Of a stretch of 64,000 nucleotides of DNA, positions 1 through 12,674 are shown piece by piece; the stretch's first letter is position 1, and each line of letters opens with the position of its first letter. The notes beneath the pieces are model-generated. The model saw only the letters and a list, made by a program, of their open reading frames with translations. It was not told the DNA's origin and did not search any database. The stretch is from Chrysomallon squamiferum (taxonomy: Eukaryota > Animalia > Mollusca). Where the stretch lies: positions 11,346,001 through 11,410,000 of the forward strand of contig CM022669.1 of assembly GCA_012295275.1 (NCBI GenBank). Direction: 5' to 3'. The position numbers were made by a program, and so were the translations under genes.

Positions 1-39
1 TCCCAGTAGTATTTTAAGGAAATCTTCTCAAATGGTTGA

Positions 40-262
40 AGACTGTGTCAGATAAAGGAGACTGGGTAAATACAGGAGACCATGTCATTATAGGAGATTG
101 TGTCAAATATAGGGCACCATATCAAATACAGGAGACTGTATCAAATATAGGAGACCATGTCAAATATAGGAGACCATGCCAAATATAGGAGACTATGTCA
201 GTGTAAGGTACATTGTCAGATCAGGAAAAAAAGTAACAATCTAGGAGATCACCACCAGTGTA
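40..262. repeat. Degenerate 19-bp tandem repeat (consensus ~CAAATATAGGAGACCATGT)
   Basis: CAAATATAGG recurs at 142, 161 and 180 (19-bp period), with decayed copies on both sides. Confidence 0.85.
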
Positions 263-397
263 AGAAGTGCACAGACTGTCTAGTGACATTGTCAGTCAAG
301 GATGTTCAGATCCCTGAGTTCACAGTCACTCTAGAGAGTCTGGCAATCTCAGCTATTCTAAATGTGCAGTGCTGTCAGTCTGTGCATATCATTTCAG

Positions 398-514
398 AGG
401 TTTGTTGCTGTTTCAGGGGTTTGTTACTGTTTCAGGGGTTTGTTACTGTTTTAGGGGTTTGTTACTGTTTCAGGGTTTTGTTACTGTTTTAGGGGTTTGT
501 TAGTGTTTTAGGGT
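398..514. repeat. 19-bp minisatellite (TTGTTACTGTTT[C/T]AGGGGT), ~6 copies
   Basis: Near-identical units visible directly, e.g. starting at 421 and 440. Confidence 0.92.
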
Positions 515-1238
515 GTCAAAGACAATTCATGTTGCACAAAGGAAATCTTATATTCTCATTTATCAAGTGTTTTTATGCAGAAAATCTTTGCTTTTCATTA
601 AAATATCATAACAAAAATATATGCCTTTTATTATTCTCTTTTTACTACAGCTTTCTAAAGTTAGAAATTACAGTTGCAAAATATATTTAGAATTACGTTT
701 TACATTTCACAAAACACCGTTTGAATGTAGAATTAAATCTGACAGTTCACAAAACATTTTAAAATAATATTTTACTGTTACAAAACACATTTGTTTCACA
801 AAAAAAGAAATTAGTTATATTTTACTTTTCAGCAAGAATACTTAATTAAACTTTACCTTTCGCAAGGTATATACAGAGCTGTACTTTGCAGTTACAAAAA
901 TAGTTATATTTTATATTTGTAAAGAGAGAGACTGATATTATTTTACATGGCTATAAACACACAAGTGAGAGTTATATTTCACTAGAAAAACTCTTCAAGG
1001 TAAATGTGAGAACGTGTGGAATTTCAGAACAGGTATTTCTACAAGAATATTTACTCTGTATATATTTTGCCAAATAACAGCCAGAAATTCTGTCAGTATG
1101 TTTTTCTTGTATTGTTTTCAACCGCTGAATTTTTTTTGATAGGTTTGTCAATTTTTTTTCATCAGTCTGACTAGGTATAGGAAAGAATGGATGTGTGTAT
1201 TGATGATTGAAATGATATGTATGAATGTTTGTGCTTTG

Positions 1239-1271
1239 ATGTATGTATGTATGTATGTATGTATGTATGTA

Positions 1272-1338
<67 letters not shown>

Positions 1339-1370
1339 GTATATGTATATTTATATGTACATGTATGTAT
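1239..1370. repeat. Compound microsatellite (TATG)n-(TG)n-(TA)n
   Basis: Direct reading; explains the YIYI/CMYV ORFs. Confidence 0.97.
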
Positions 1371-1959
1371 GCATGCATATAGACACATGTCTGTTGTATG
1401 TTCAATAATAGTTAATATTAAATAATTAATCTGATTAAGGAAGATAGAATAATTTTCATTTGTAATCTAATAACCACTGCAAAAAGTTAGAAAATTAATA
1501 ACAACTTCAATGCGATGATTAAAAAAAAATTAAAATCTAAAATACAATTCTGTGTCTATTTTTATTCTGCATGGAGACTGGGAATCTCAGACACATGAAA
1601 ACTGACAGTAATTCCCATGGTCAGTAGAAAAAATAATATTTTAAAATAAAATTCCATTTGAACAAACTGAAATAAACAAAAAATAAAAAAAATAAATAAA
1701 AAGGAAGAAAGTAATTTCCAAATAATTGCTAGAAGAAATATTAATAATTTAGAATAATATCTCATTTGTTCAGCCATTTTTGTCTATCTATATTATTTAA
1801 GACTGAATTTTGGAGAAACAAAATTAATAATAATTTCCATTCCACTGATCAGCCCAAATAACAATAATATTAAATCAAACTCCATTTAAACTGACTGAGC
1901 TAAATAAAGAAAGATTATTTAAAAAAAAGCCACATAATAAAACAACTTCCAAAGTGACT

Positions 1960-2782
1960 GTAAAATAAACAATTTAAAATAAGATTCCATTTGTGTATAT
2001 GAGCTATATTTATTTCGTTTTTACACTTCAACAGAGAGAAAAAAAGTTTATAATTTCCTTGTTGAAATAATAATTTCAGCTGTACATGAACTATATTTCA
2101 TTTTTGCTCCAAGACAGAGAATAAACAACAAACAAACAAACCATTAATTTCCATGTCAGAGAACAAAAAATAATTAATTTCCATGTTGAAATAATAATAA
2201 TTTTAAATAACATTCCAATTGTACATGAACAATATTTCACTTTCACTCCAAGACAGAAAAAATATACAAAATCCCCCCACACAAAAAAAACACCAAAAAA
2301 AAACTCCCAACCAAAAACAGCCAAAAAAACACCATTAATTTCCATGTAAAAATGATAACAGTTTTAAATAAAATTCCAAAGATACAAAACCACAAACAAA
2401 ACCACAAAAACCCCCACAAAAACCCCACAAAAAACCCCACAAAACCAGACTAAACATTAATCTCCAAGTCACTGGCTAGCTGAAATTATAACAATCTTAA
2501 CTAAAATTCTACACAATTGTACATGATCTATTTTTATTTCATTTTTACACAGATATCAAAACATAAAAAAAACAAACAACCATCATTAATTTCCATGATG
2601 AAATAACAATAATTCTAAATAAAAATTAAATTTCAACCGTACATAAACTACATTTCACTTTTACTCTAAAACAGAGAACAACAACATCAACAACACACCA
2701 AAAAAAAAAAAACCCACCAAAAACCCCCATTAATTTCCTTGTCGAAGTAACAATAATTTTAAATAAAACTCTAAACGTACTG
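1960..2782. repeat. Degenerate tandem array: ~90-bp core plus variable A/C-rich tail, ~6-7 units
   Basis: Motifs CATTAATTTCCATG, TTTTAAATAAAATTCC, GTACATGAAC and ACTCCAAGACAGA recur in order (e.g. GTACAT at 2082, 2221, 2519, 2639). Confidence 0.8.
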
Positions 2783-2946
2783 GTACTTTGTCTGTCACTG
2801 TTAAATTGAGACAGAGGAAGAAGCCACACTGATTTCCACGTGACTGGTTAAGGTACCAGCCTTAACCCCGAAGACATCGCCAGCTTCCTCACCACAACAG
2901 TGTTGACTGACACAATCAATATTATCACTGGCTCTGAGTGTATTGA

Positions 2947-3573
2947 TCAAACACCAGTCATGTTTGACCATGCAGAAAATGGACGAGGAAAATACACTGA
3001 AATTATTTTTTCACTTGATAATCTAAACACAAAAGGATTCTGCGAAGAAACTGGAGACCAACAGCTGATGTAGTCGAGTGACAGATAGTTTGTAGCTGCA
3101 GTGTTGGTGTCACTGCCACGATGCTGTGAGTACAGAAAAAGTGCAGTAATGCCAACCAGTGCTGTAATCGTCTGATAGGTTGTTGTTGGAGTGTTGATGT
3201 CAATGCTACGATGCTGTGAGACAGAGAAACACACCAATAATGCCAGCACCATAATGGTTTGATAGGTTGTAGTTGCAGTGTTGATGTCAGTGCTACGATG
3301 CTGTGAGATAGAGAAACACACCAATAATGCCAGCACCATAATGGTTTGATAGGTTGTTGTTGGAGTGTTGATGTCAACCAGTACAGAGTAAACAGCAGTA
3401 ATGCCAACCAGTACTGTAATCATCTGATAGGTTGTAGTTGGAGTGTTGATGTCAGTGCTATGATGCTGTGAGGTAGAGAAACATGGTAGTAATGCCAATG
3501 CCATGATCATCAGATAGGTTGTAGTTGGAATGTTGGTGTCACTACAGTGATGGTGTGATATAGTAAAACACAC
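2947..3573 (-). CDS. Candidate repeat-encoded exon/ORF (208 aa; 29-aa units alternating a Thr-rich linker and a hydrophobic segment); coding status unproven
   Basis: Open frame across six repeat units spaced 90, 87, 87, 78 and 87 bp (all multiples of 3); starts immediately after TATAG on the minus strand (possible 3' splice site); no family recognised. Confidence 0.25.
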   Translation of the reverse strand: MCFTISHHHCSDTNIPTTTYLMIMALALLPCFSTSQHHSTDINTPTTTYQMITVLVGITAVYSVLVDINTPTTTYQTIMVLALLVCFSISQHRSTDINTATTTYQTIMVLALLVCFSVSQHRSIDINTPTTTYQTITALVGITALFLYSQHRGSDTNTAATNYLSLDYISCWSPVSSQNPFVFRLSSEKIISVYFPRPFSAWSNMTGV

Positions 3574-3600
3574 CTATAGTATAACTGCTGTACTGATATG
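3080..3600. repeat. 87-bp minisatellite, ~6 diverged copies
   Basis: Anchor [G/A]TGTTG[A/G]TGTCA at 3101, 3191, 3278, 3365, 3443 and 3530. Confidence 0.93.
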
Positions 3601-3913
3601 ATAGTTAAATGCTGACTATTACCACAAGACTGTTAATTGTTTTAATACTATCATCTGTACAGCAGTGTGTAATTACAACTACTATTACTACTACAACTAC
3701 TACAACATGCTGTTCTAATGCTGCAGTGGTTTATCGAATGAATAATGCTACCACAACACTTGTATTGTCATTGACAGGAGCTAATGGGGAGAGACTGATG
3801 TTATTTGCTTTGACACTGATCAACATTTCACTTCATTAATCAGCTAAAAGTTTTTTTCAACAGTTAATAATGGAACTGAGAACAGTGTGACTGCATGTGT
3901 GAATTAGAGCAAA

Positions 3914-3922
3914 AGAGAGAGA

Positions 3923-4020
<98 letters not shown>

Positions 4021-4190
4021 ATAGCAGAGATATGCAGATAGATATAGAGACAGAAATAGACAGAAAGAAAAACAGACACAGACAGAGAAAGAAAGAAAAT
4101 GATATAGCAAAAAGAGAGACTGTTGGACAGAAAAAGAAAGAGAGTATCAAAAAGAGAGAGAGAGAAAAAAGATATAGTTAAAAAGAGAGA
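3914..4190. repeat. (GT)n-(GA)n-(GACA)n microsatellite followed by a purine-rich tract
   Basis: Direct reading. Confidence 0.97.
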
Positions 4191-4689
4191 AGAATTTGGA
4201 ATATTTTAAGTTATCACAATAAAGAAATGTATATCAGTCACTTGTAAGGTTCAATTAATTTGCTGACAGAACTGGAGAGAGAAAGAGAAAGAGAGAATGA
4301 GTAAGAGAGAATGAAAAGTGTTTAAGAGTGATAGATAAATACAATGAACAAGAGAGAGATAAGTTTTAATGAAAATTATGATGATGTCCATACCACATAG
4401 TGCTCTAAGGCTAGACAACTGAGCAATGTGTTTTAATAATTTATAAGAACTGAATTTATTTAATAACTGAAAGTGATAGAAAAATAAAAATAAACTGTTA
4501 TGACATTTTTGATGACACCCATAACAGCTTAAGGCCAAATCTGGCTGCAATAATATTAATTATGTAAAGGTCTAGAATTTATTAAATAAAATAGAATAGG
4601 TTGGTGATATTACAAGCTGTTAAATGATATTAAAGTAAATTAACCAAAAATATAAATAAAGTCATTCAAAAATCAAAACACAATATATT

Positions 4690-5060
4690 TTTTCAAACCA
4701 TTAGCACAAATATCTCTAGTTCCCTAACATACAAAATTCATCAGAACCAAAATATATATTCCTAATTCCAATATCTACAAATTCACTAACACTCACAGTT
4801 CTACAAAAGCCAAAAATGCATTTTATTCTTCAGACCTGTAACACAAATACCTCCAGTTTATAAACATAGAAAATTCTACAGAAACCAAAAACAAATCATA
4901 TTCTTGAAACCAGTTTTCTAACTTACAAAATTTTACAGACCCCCCCATCCCACCCCTGCACATACACATACAAACACATTATTATCTTTAGACCCTGAAC
5001 ACAAATATCTCCATTTCCTTAACATTACAAAATTTGCACAGAACCAAAACACACAAGTCA
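4690..5060. repeat. Old degenerate ~70-bp tandem repeat (ACAAATATCTC...CAAAATT...CAGAACCAAAA)
   Basis: The same motifs recur in order at ~4707, 4770, 4843, 4915 and 5001. Confidence 0.7.
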
Positions 5061-5484
5061 GAAGCTTTTAATAAGACACACAAAATGTTTTTAAAAAACC
5101 AACAGACCTCCAGTGCTACACTCTGTATTCCAGGATGATGAGTGTGTTGTGCAAACAAACACGGCAATATTATCATTTTATTACCCACTTCTGCACCTTG
5201 TGTTGATCTACACACCCTCATAATAGAATCCGCTAGAGCAACCAGGAGTTTTTACACCAAACGTGTGTTTACCCTTAAGTTATTCATTGACATTCCATGG
5301 AGTTCACAATCCCCAGGTGTCCTGTTTCAACAGGTTCCTAACACAGCACAAGAGAGCAGACATTGAAATAGCAGGCTGGAAATTAGTGCCAAAATGTCAG
5401 ACACTTCTTCTTGGAACTTAAACAGAAACGAAAACACTTGAGTTGGAGATGCAACAACATGTAAAGAGTTTGTCACTTGTGTTC

Positions 5485-5725
5485 AGTGTGTTGATGTAAA
5501 GACATTTGTGTTGTAGCAGGTTTTGTCTCTTGTGTTGTAACATCATGTAACAGTTTGTCTCCTTTGTTGTAACATCATGTAACAGTCTCCTGTGTTGATG
5601 TAAAAACATTTGTGCTGTAACATCATGTAACAGTTAGTCTCCTGTGTTGATGTAAAAACATTTGTACTGTAACATCATGTAACAGTTTGTCTCCTGTGTT
5701 GATGTAAAAACATTTGTGTTGTTAC
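5485..5725. repeat. 52-bp minisatellite (TGTGTTGATGTAAAAACATTTGTGCTGTAACATCATGTAACAGTTTGTCTCC) with shorter sub-repeats
   Basis: TGTGTTGATGTAAA at 5591, 5643 and 5695 (52-bp period) and at 5487. Confidence 0.9.
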
Positions 5726-6488
5726 ACACATTCACACACACAATATATACCCACCCAACTCTAGGCCAGTGACATAATATGTTGATAACAGCTGCTATGA
5801 TCTAGAATAGACTTTTTCAGCCATAAAGATGATAATAAAATTTTATTGTTAACAACAAATCAAGCAAACAGAATCAAGAGAGAAAGCATATTACACTAAA
5901 GACCACTTCTAGCTACATATACTTCAGTGAAATCTAAATTAACTAAATTGTCAAAATGTTCTTTTGTGTATATGAATCTTGTTTTCACTTTTCGAGCTAC
6001 TATGATATTCGCAGACAAAAACCAATTTACTGTAATTGTACTTTGTCTGTTTGTACCACTTCTCAGCAAATCCTTGTTTATTACCAAAATTTGTCTTCTG
6101 CAAAGACTGAGAAAAGTCTGAAGATGTAAAGCATGGGTTTACCAATAAATTGTTTTTCTAGTATTTTAATTTTTAACCTCTAGTGGGAGTTCGCTGATCT
6201 ACTTTGAAAATGGAGTTTCTCAGCCATTTTACATATGTGTTGGCATTCAATTTCCACCTTGCTCCTTGGAGGCATCGCAGAATTGGATTCAGTCTTTTCC
6301 AATAGTGCATTATTGGAGATGATCAAATACAACTTATTTGTTGTAGACTTCTGGCATTCCAAATGGCAAGAAAACTGGGTCACAGCTAGTGGCAAATGCC
6401 TAATAAAGATCTGTGTGTGTGTGTGTGTCGCATGTTACTGTATTTGTGTGTGTGTCTTTTTAAATATATTTTTAATATATATATATAT

Positions 6489-6498
<10 letters not shown>

Positions 6499-6575
<77 letters not shown>
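6499..6575. repeat. (AG)n microsatellite
   Basis: Direct reading. Confidence 0.98.
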
Positions 6576-6578
<3 letters not shown>

Positions 6579-9204
6579 AATATGCAGGTATGTACAAATA
6601 CGTATGTAGATAAAAATTGACAAAACTATAATTTTACATACATCAGTGAGATAGCATTTAAAATAATTCAAAAGAAACCATCAACAAAAACAGAACTTGC
6701 TGTCTTCAGTACTTCAGATAAGTTTTATACCAGTGAGACACTCAGAGTCATAAATAATATTATTAAATAAAACCTTTTTAAATCTTCAGTAACAGTGATC
6801 TGTTATTAGTTGTTCTGAGAGTGATGATAAATAGCAGGAGGTTTACCACAGATAAAGTTAAAGCATCTTTAATGGAGTGACAGTATTGGTCCTAATGCAT
6901 TTTATTTATTTTCATTTCTTATGAAAATGTCAGCAGATTATATAGATTTGTCTGTCACCACTGTATAGGAAATTCAGACTGACTTGACATTATTACACAT
7001 AATTCGTTTCTGAATTAAAAAAAAAAAAAAAAAAAAAAAAAATAAGAACCCTTCTTTATGGCTGATTTCTGATTCCTGAATTTATGTCCCAGCAAATAAA
7101 TAACACAGGTGTCATTTTGAGAAATAAGAGAAAATGTCAGAGTATGAAACGGTGATATATCGCTAATCACGTCTGAATGATGAAAGCATTTACAGCATCA
7201 TTGGCTGATTAATTACTGCAGCAGCAGCAGGATCTGCTTATAACTCTTGGGCTGGTTTAACAATGAGAGGTGACACAAAAAGGAAGAGTGTGTTTATTCT
7301 CTGCTGTTAATGTGTTTAGCTATCATCTGCAAACACAGAGAGAGAGCTATGGTAATCTGCCGTGATGTTGGCAGTAATGAAGAATGAAAGATCTATTTCA
7401 GGAATTGTCGTAATTACAGTAATACAGCTTAATGGGGGACCAATGGCTTGAAGAGTATGGGCTACCAGGAACAGTTCTTCCTGGTCCTCTAATTGAGGAT
7501 ATATCCTGTTGCAGCATTACTGCATTATATTGTATTTTATGTTTTCCTGTTTATTGGAAGGCATGTATAAAAGATAACTGCTTGCTAATTGATAAGAATG
7601 ATAACAAAGTAGAAGCTGCAGACGTCCTTTCATTGATAATTATCACAATTTATACTTTTATTATGAAAAGGATTTATATACAAATTAATAAACAGTAAAT
7701 GAATAAAATAATGAATGTGAACAGAATACACATTCACAGACGTTTCTTAAGTTTTTTATTAGAATTTTTGGACAAAAAACTTTATGATTAAAACAAATTC
7801 AGACATTTTATTATTATTTATTTCTTTCTTTATATTCTTAAATAAGATTACAAAAGACTAAAAAAAGAAATATTTTAAAATACGATCTGAACCTCAAATT
7901 AGAATAATTATTGTTAATTATTTTATAAATTTTTTGGAGATCTACAAAAAATGTTTTGGAACTGAGATATGAAAGGTAAACATTTAATGTGAAAATATCC
8001 ACAAATATCTACATCTTTCCTATCTGTACATCATGCATGGATGGGTATTGACTCTGTGCTAATTTTTATTTTTAACTTACAATGCAATATATTTGTGTCT
8101 TAACAAATTGCTTAATCTGAGAATAAAAAGGTAAAGTAAAATGTTGTTTGTTTAAGTGAAAATAAACCCCACTGATTTCTGTTTTTGTTGTGGTATTGTT
8201 TTTGTTTTTCAGTTCCGTGCCAAACTTTTGCAGAAGTGTTTATTGCAGTCCACCAGACATTCCAAACTACCAGTTTGTTCTCACCCAAACTGCAGAATGA
8301 TTTGTTTTCTTTAAGATTATTTATTAAACTGCTAATAACCAGTTTCTTAAACACCATCATTGCTGTTGTAATTTGAACTTATGTTCTGAATATTCACGTC
8401 AACAGTGATGTAGATTATTATGTATCTGTCAGTATTATTGTTTTTGTTTTTAATATGTGAGGTATTTAAGACATGTTTTCTCAGTGATAGTTGCTGTTAT
8501 CACTGATATTATTTAAGCAAAATAATTTCTTATTGTTACCTTTTAAGATACAATATTTTATTAAACTTATTACTTACAGAAAGTTTGACATGCATTTAAG
8601 AAAGTTTTTCTTATTTGTTAATATCACTAATACTATTTTGGCAAAATAATATCATATTGATATATAATAAGATATAAATATATATATTTTTAATTATTAT
8701 TTAAAGGAAAGTAGTTCTTGAATTTAAGAAAGTATTTCTTACTTTTTTTTATCCCCAATAATTTATTTTAAAAAAAATATAAAAAAAGATTCATATTACA
8801 TTTTCAATAAATTAGGTATAAAAATGTTATCAGAACTTTTATTTTACATAAATTATGTTTGAAGTTAAGAAAGTTTTTATTTTATATTTATATATATATA
8901 TTTTTTTTTTTTTTTTGTATTGTTATTATTGTCAATATTATAACAGTAAAATAACATCCAGTTTTTGCATGTCAGTAAATCAGATACTAGATATTTCATT
9001 ATTTATTGTTTTATTCAAAAAGTTAGATAAAATTTAAACTAAAGATTAATAAATAAAGGCTCAATGAATGACCAGACAGAACATAAGCTACATAATACTG
9101 ATAATAACAAAATACAAAGGACATTCTTAAAGTCAGAGAGTAATAAAAATAATAATGTTAGTCATAACAAATAAAGATGATAAAATCATGAGACATTACT
9201 GTTA

Positions 9205-9465
9205 CACAGACAACACTGATAACTAAAAGTAAAATACATCATTAAGATAAGATAATGATACTAGAAAATTGTCTTCAGCAAAGAGCAATTTTAAAAAATG
9301 TAAAAGATAGTTCTTCATTATATTATACACAACACTGATAATAAAAACTAAAACACATCATTAAGATTAGAAAATTATTTTTGTCAAATAGCAGTTAAAG
9401 AAAATGTGCTTGACTGTACTTCATTATGTCAGAAATATTAGATATAATAAAAACTGAACATCAGA
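9205..9465. repeat. Degenerate ~120-bp tandem duplication
   Basis: CAACACTGATAA...AAAA[T/C]ACATCATTAAGAT...AGAAAATT...TTCATTAT occurs at ~9211 and ~9330. Confidence 0.75.
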
Positions 9466-12400
9466 TATAAGTAATACTGCAGACATTACATGTAAAGAAT
9501 TGTGTTAAATAAATCCATTAATTTACCCCAACTAATTTTTTCGATGTAATAACTGAAAACTGAAAGAAACTGTGGACATTATTTTATTTAAATAATATTG
9601 ATAATAACAACAACAACAGCAGCAGCAACAACAACAACACTAATAATAGCAATAACAACACTAACTGTAATAATAAAAACAACAACAATAATAAGTAAAG
9701 ACAAATCTAGTTTATGGCAATATTATTCAAAAACATTATAGCCAAGGTAATTATAAACTTTATATTTCATGGTCATAAGAAAAATAACAAAAAAACAGAA
9801 GGTATGTTAAAACAATATTGAGAATAATAATTAAGGACTATTTAAAGTTCAGAAGAAAGTAAACCAGTCATTAACTAAAAAAAAAAAAAAAATGATAACC
9901 TTTTAAGGCTAAACATGATTTTCACTAAATGTCATTAGTTATTTAGAATGTATTTATTTGGAAGGCAAAATGACATTAATAAATCAAAACTGATATTTTC
10001 CTAACAACTAATTTTAATAAAATAATGCCAGTTACTTGAAAAATTATAAAGATACTTGTAAAGAGAATGGCAATGTTAACAAACCATTAATACTATCTTC
10101 TTTACTGATTCCCACAAAATCACAAGATTTTTATAGCAAGAATTAAATTATACTGGGTTGTTTTTTTCTTCTCATATTTTAAAGATAAAGACAATTTTAA
10201 CACTTCTTGAATAATAATTTTCTTAATTCTGATTCTAACAAAATAATATCATTTAGTATAAAAATCTTCTCTTTTTCTTCTCTTAACCTAAAGTTAAAAG
10301 ACAGTTTTAACAAATCCTTATTTTTATTTTCTAGTCTGTGACAATGTCGTCCAATCTGACGCCATCATGTCTTATAAGCTGCCATTGTCAGAACATGGCA
10401 GGAATTTTTACCCCACTTTCAGTGAATTGTCAATAGAATACTTGGCCTAAATATATAATAGCATCTTGTAAATGTTACTTCATTTGACCAAGATTGGCAG
10501 ATTTTTTTTTTTTTTTTTTTCACTTTGAAAGAAGATGGAAAGATAGGGGAAAAAAAAGATGATTTTTCCAGATGTGGAATTTGAAAAAAAAATAAATAAA
10601 AATGAATAAATGAGTGAATCTTTAGAATAATTTAGCTAGGAAAATATTTTTTTTAAATTAGCTATTTAATTTTTTTTATTTATAATATATTATATACAAC
10701 AACAACACTGATAATAATAATGATAATAATAACAATAATAATAATAATAATAATTACACAAGATATTGATTAATAAACATAATAAAAATTATAATAACAA
10801 TAATCACAACAAAAATAATAAAAATAATAACAATAATGATGATATAATGCAATTAATTACACAATGAAATCTTGATTAATAAACAAATTAATAAGCAAAC
10901 AAACAAACAAACAAATACATATTGAAAAAAAATAAATAAAAAAAAAGGAAAAAAAGAAACAACTCAAATGTGGACCAGATTTGTAATTAGGACTAGACAA
11001 GGTTTACTCTTTCATCACTGACATTTTCTTATGAGACATGTCAAAAACCCAGCCAGTAAAAACATTCCACACAAACTGATCCCAGAGTCAAGTTTAACTA
11101 ACCAGTATAAAATACCACATTTTACCTGACATTTTCTTTTCCATTTTTTTTTTTTTTTTTTTTTTTTTCACTTCTGCCAGCAATGATATGCATCATTAGC
11201 ATTGCCTGAAGATTGTATGTTTGTTTTTAGACAGATACTTTTTTTTTTTTATCTCCTTTTACCTTTTTTGTTTGTCTTTCACATTCCAGGGAATGAAAAA
11301 TTAACGATGTGTAATATATTGGTGGTACGTCAGTGTAGCGTGTTGCATAACAGTTTTAACTCATGTTTGTTATGTCACCATTCATCATCTTGGGGTTTAT
11401 TTGTTTGGTTTGACTGAAACAAGATACTTTTATATAATATATGTCTATGTTAAGTTTAGAAGAGGTTAAATTTTTAACTTTTTATATCAGTTGTAAAATA
11501 TATTGCGTTGATTAATATATTCATTTGTTCATTTGTTTATTTTTATTTTACATTGATTTGTTTGTTTGTCTGTTTATTTATTTGTTTATTTGTTTATTTA
11601 TTTATTTTATATATATATAATTTATTGATCATTTTTATATTAATTAATTAATTCATTTATTCCTAGATCAGCAAATTATACTGTCTTCTAAAACCTACTC
11701 ACGCATTTTCTTTCTAACATGCATACCCTCTAACATGTATACACTCATCTTTTCTGTTGTTTCTCTCTCTCTCTATCTCTCTGACACATATACACTCACT
11801 CTTTCACACACACCCACCCACCCACACACACACACACACACACAGTCCCTCTCATTCACCCTGACACACAAAAACAGACACACCCTATCTCCATTTCACA
11901 AACATCAGGAACACACACATTCTTTCATTCACCTCCTCCACACCCACTCAATCCCCCCTCCCCTAATCATTCTCTCTCACCCACACAAAATACAACCACT
12001 AACAACTGTTCCAAAACACTGGGTACAGAATCAAAGCAAGGATCTTTGTTGATCATTTCCGTGACTCCATGTGGCATTGAAAGGCTAAAAACACAGAAAG
12101 ATAAAATCAAGAAGAAAAAAACAAAACAGGATGACAGACTGTTATGAACAGCCAGGAATCAATGCAACCCATCTACACAGAGATCTTATCCAACACAAAC
12201 AGATTTTCTTGTACTAAACACATACACTTAATTCCTTCTGTCACTAGGTTCCTGTTATACCTTCACAGACACACAGATCTCACTTGTTAAGCATTTACCA
12301 GTGTTTGGGCTGTTTGTAAATATTTGTACAAGCTTTTTTTTAAAATAATACTAGTTTATTTTTATTTTTAAAAAAAACAAAAAAAAAGGTTTTGTGTTAA

Positions 12401-12643
12401 GCCTTGTTAAAAATAACCAACTTGTTAGATATTTTGAATAATTCCCTGAAGTTATTACTGATTTTAGCAAAATTCTTTCATTTATTTTTAGAATCTAAAG
12501 ATATTCTGAAGGTAAATGAAAATGCTTTCAAATCATTTTTATTTTCTAAAATAATTTTAGTAGAGATAGAAATGTGTCATTAAATCAACATTTAAAAAAA
12601 TATTAAGCACAAAGTTATATATATTTTAAATGATACTGTTATA

Positions 12644-12674
<31 letters not shown>

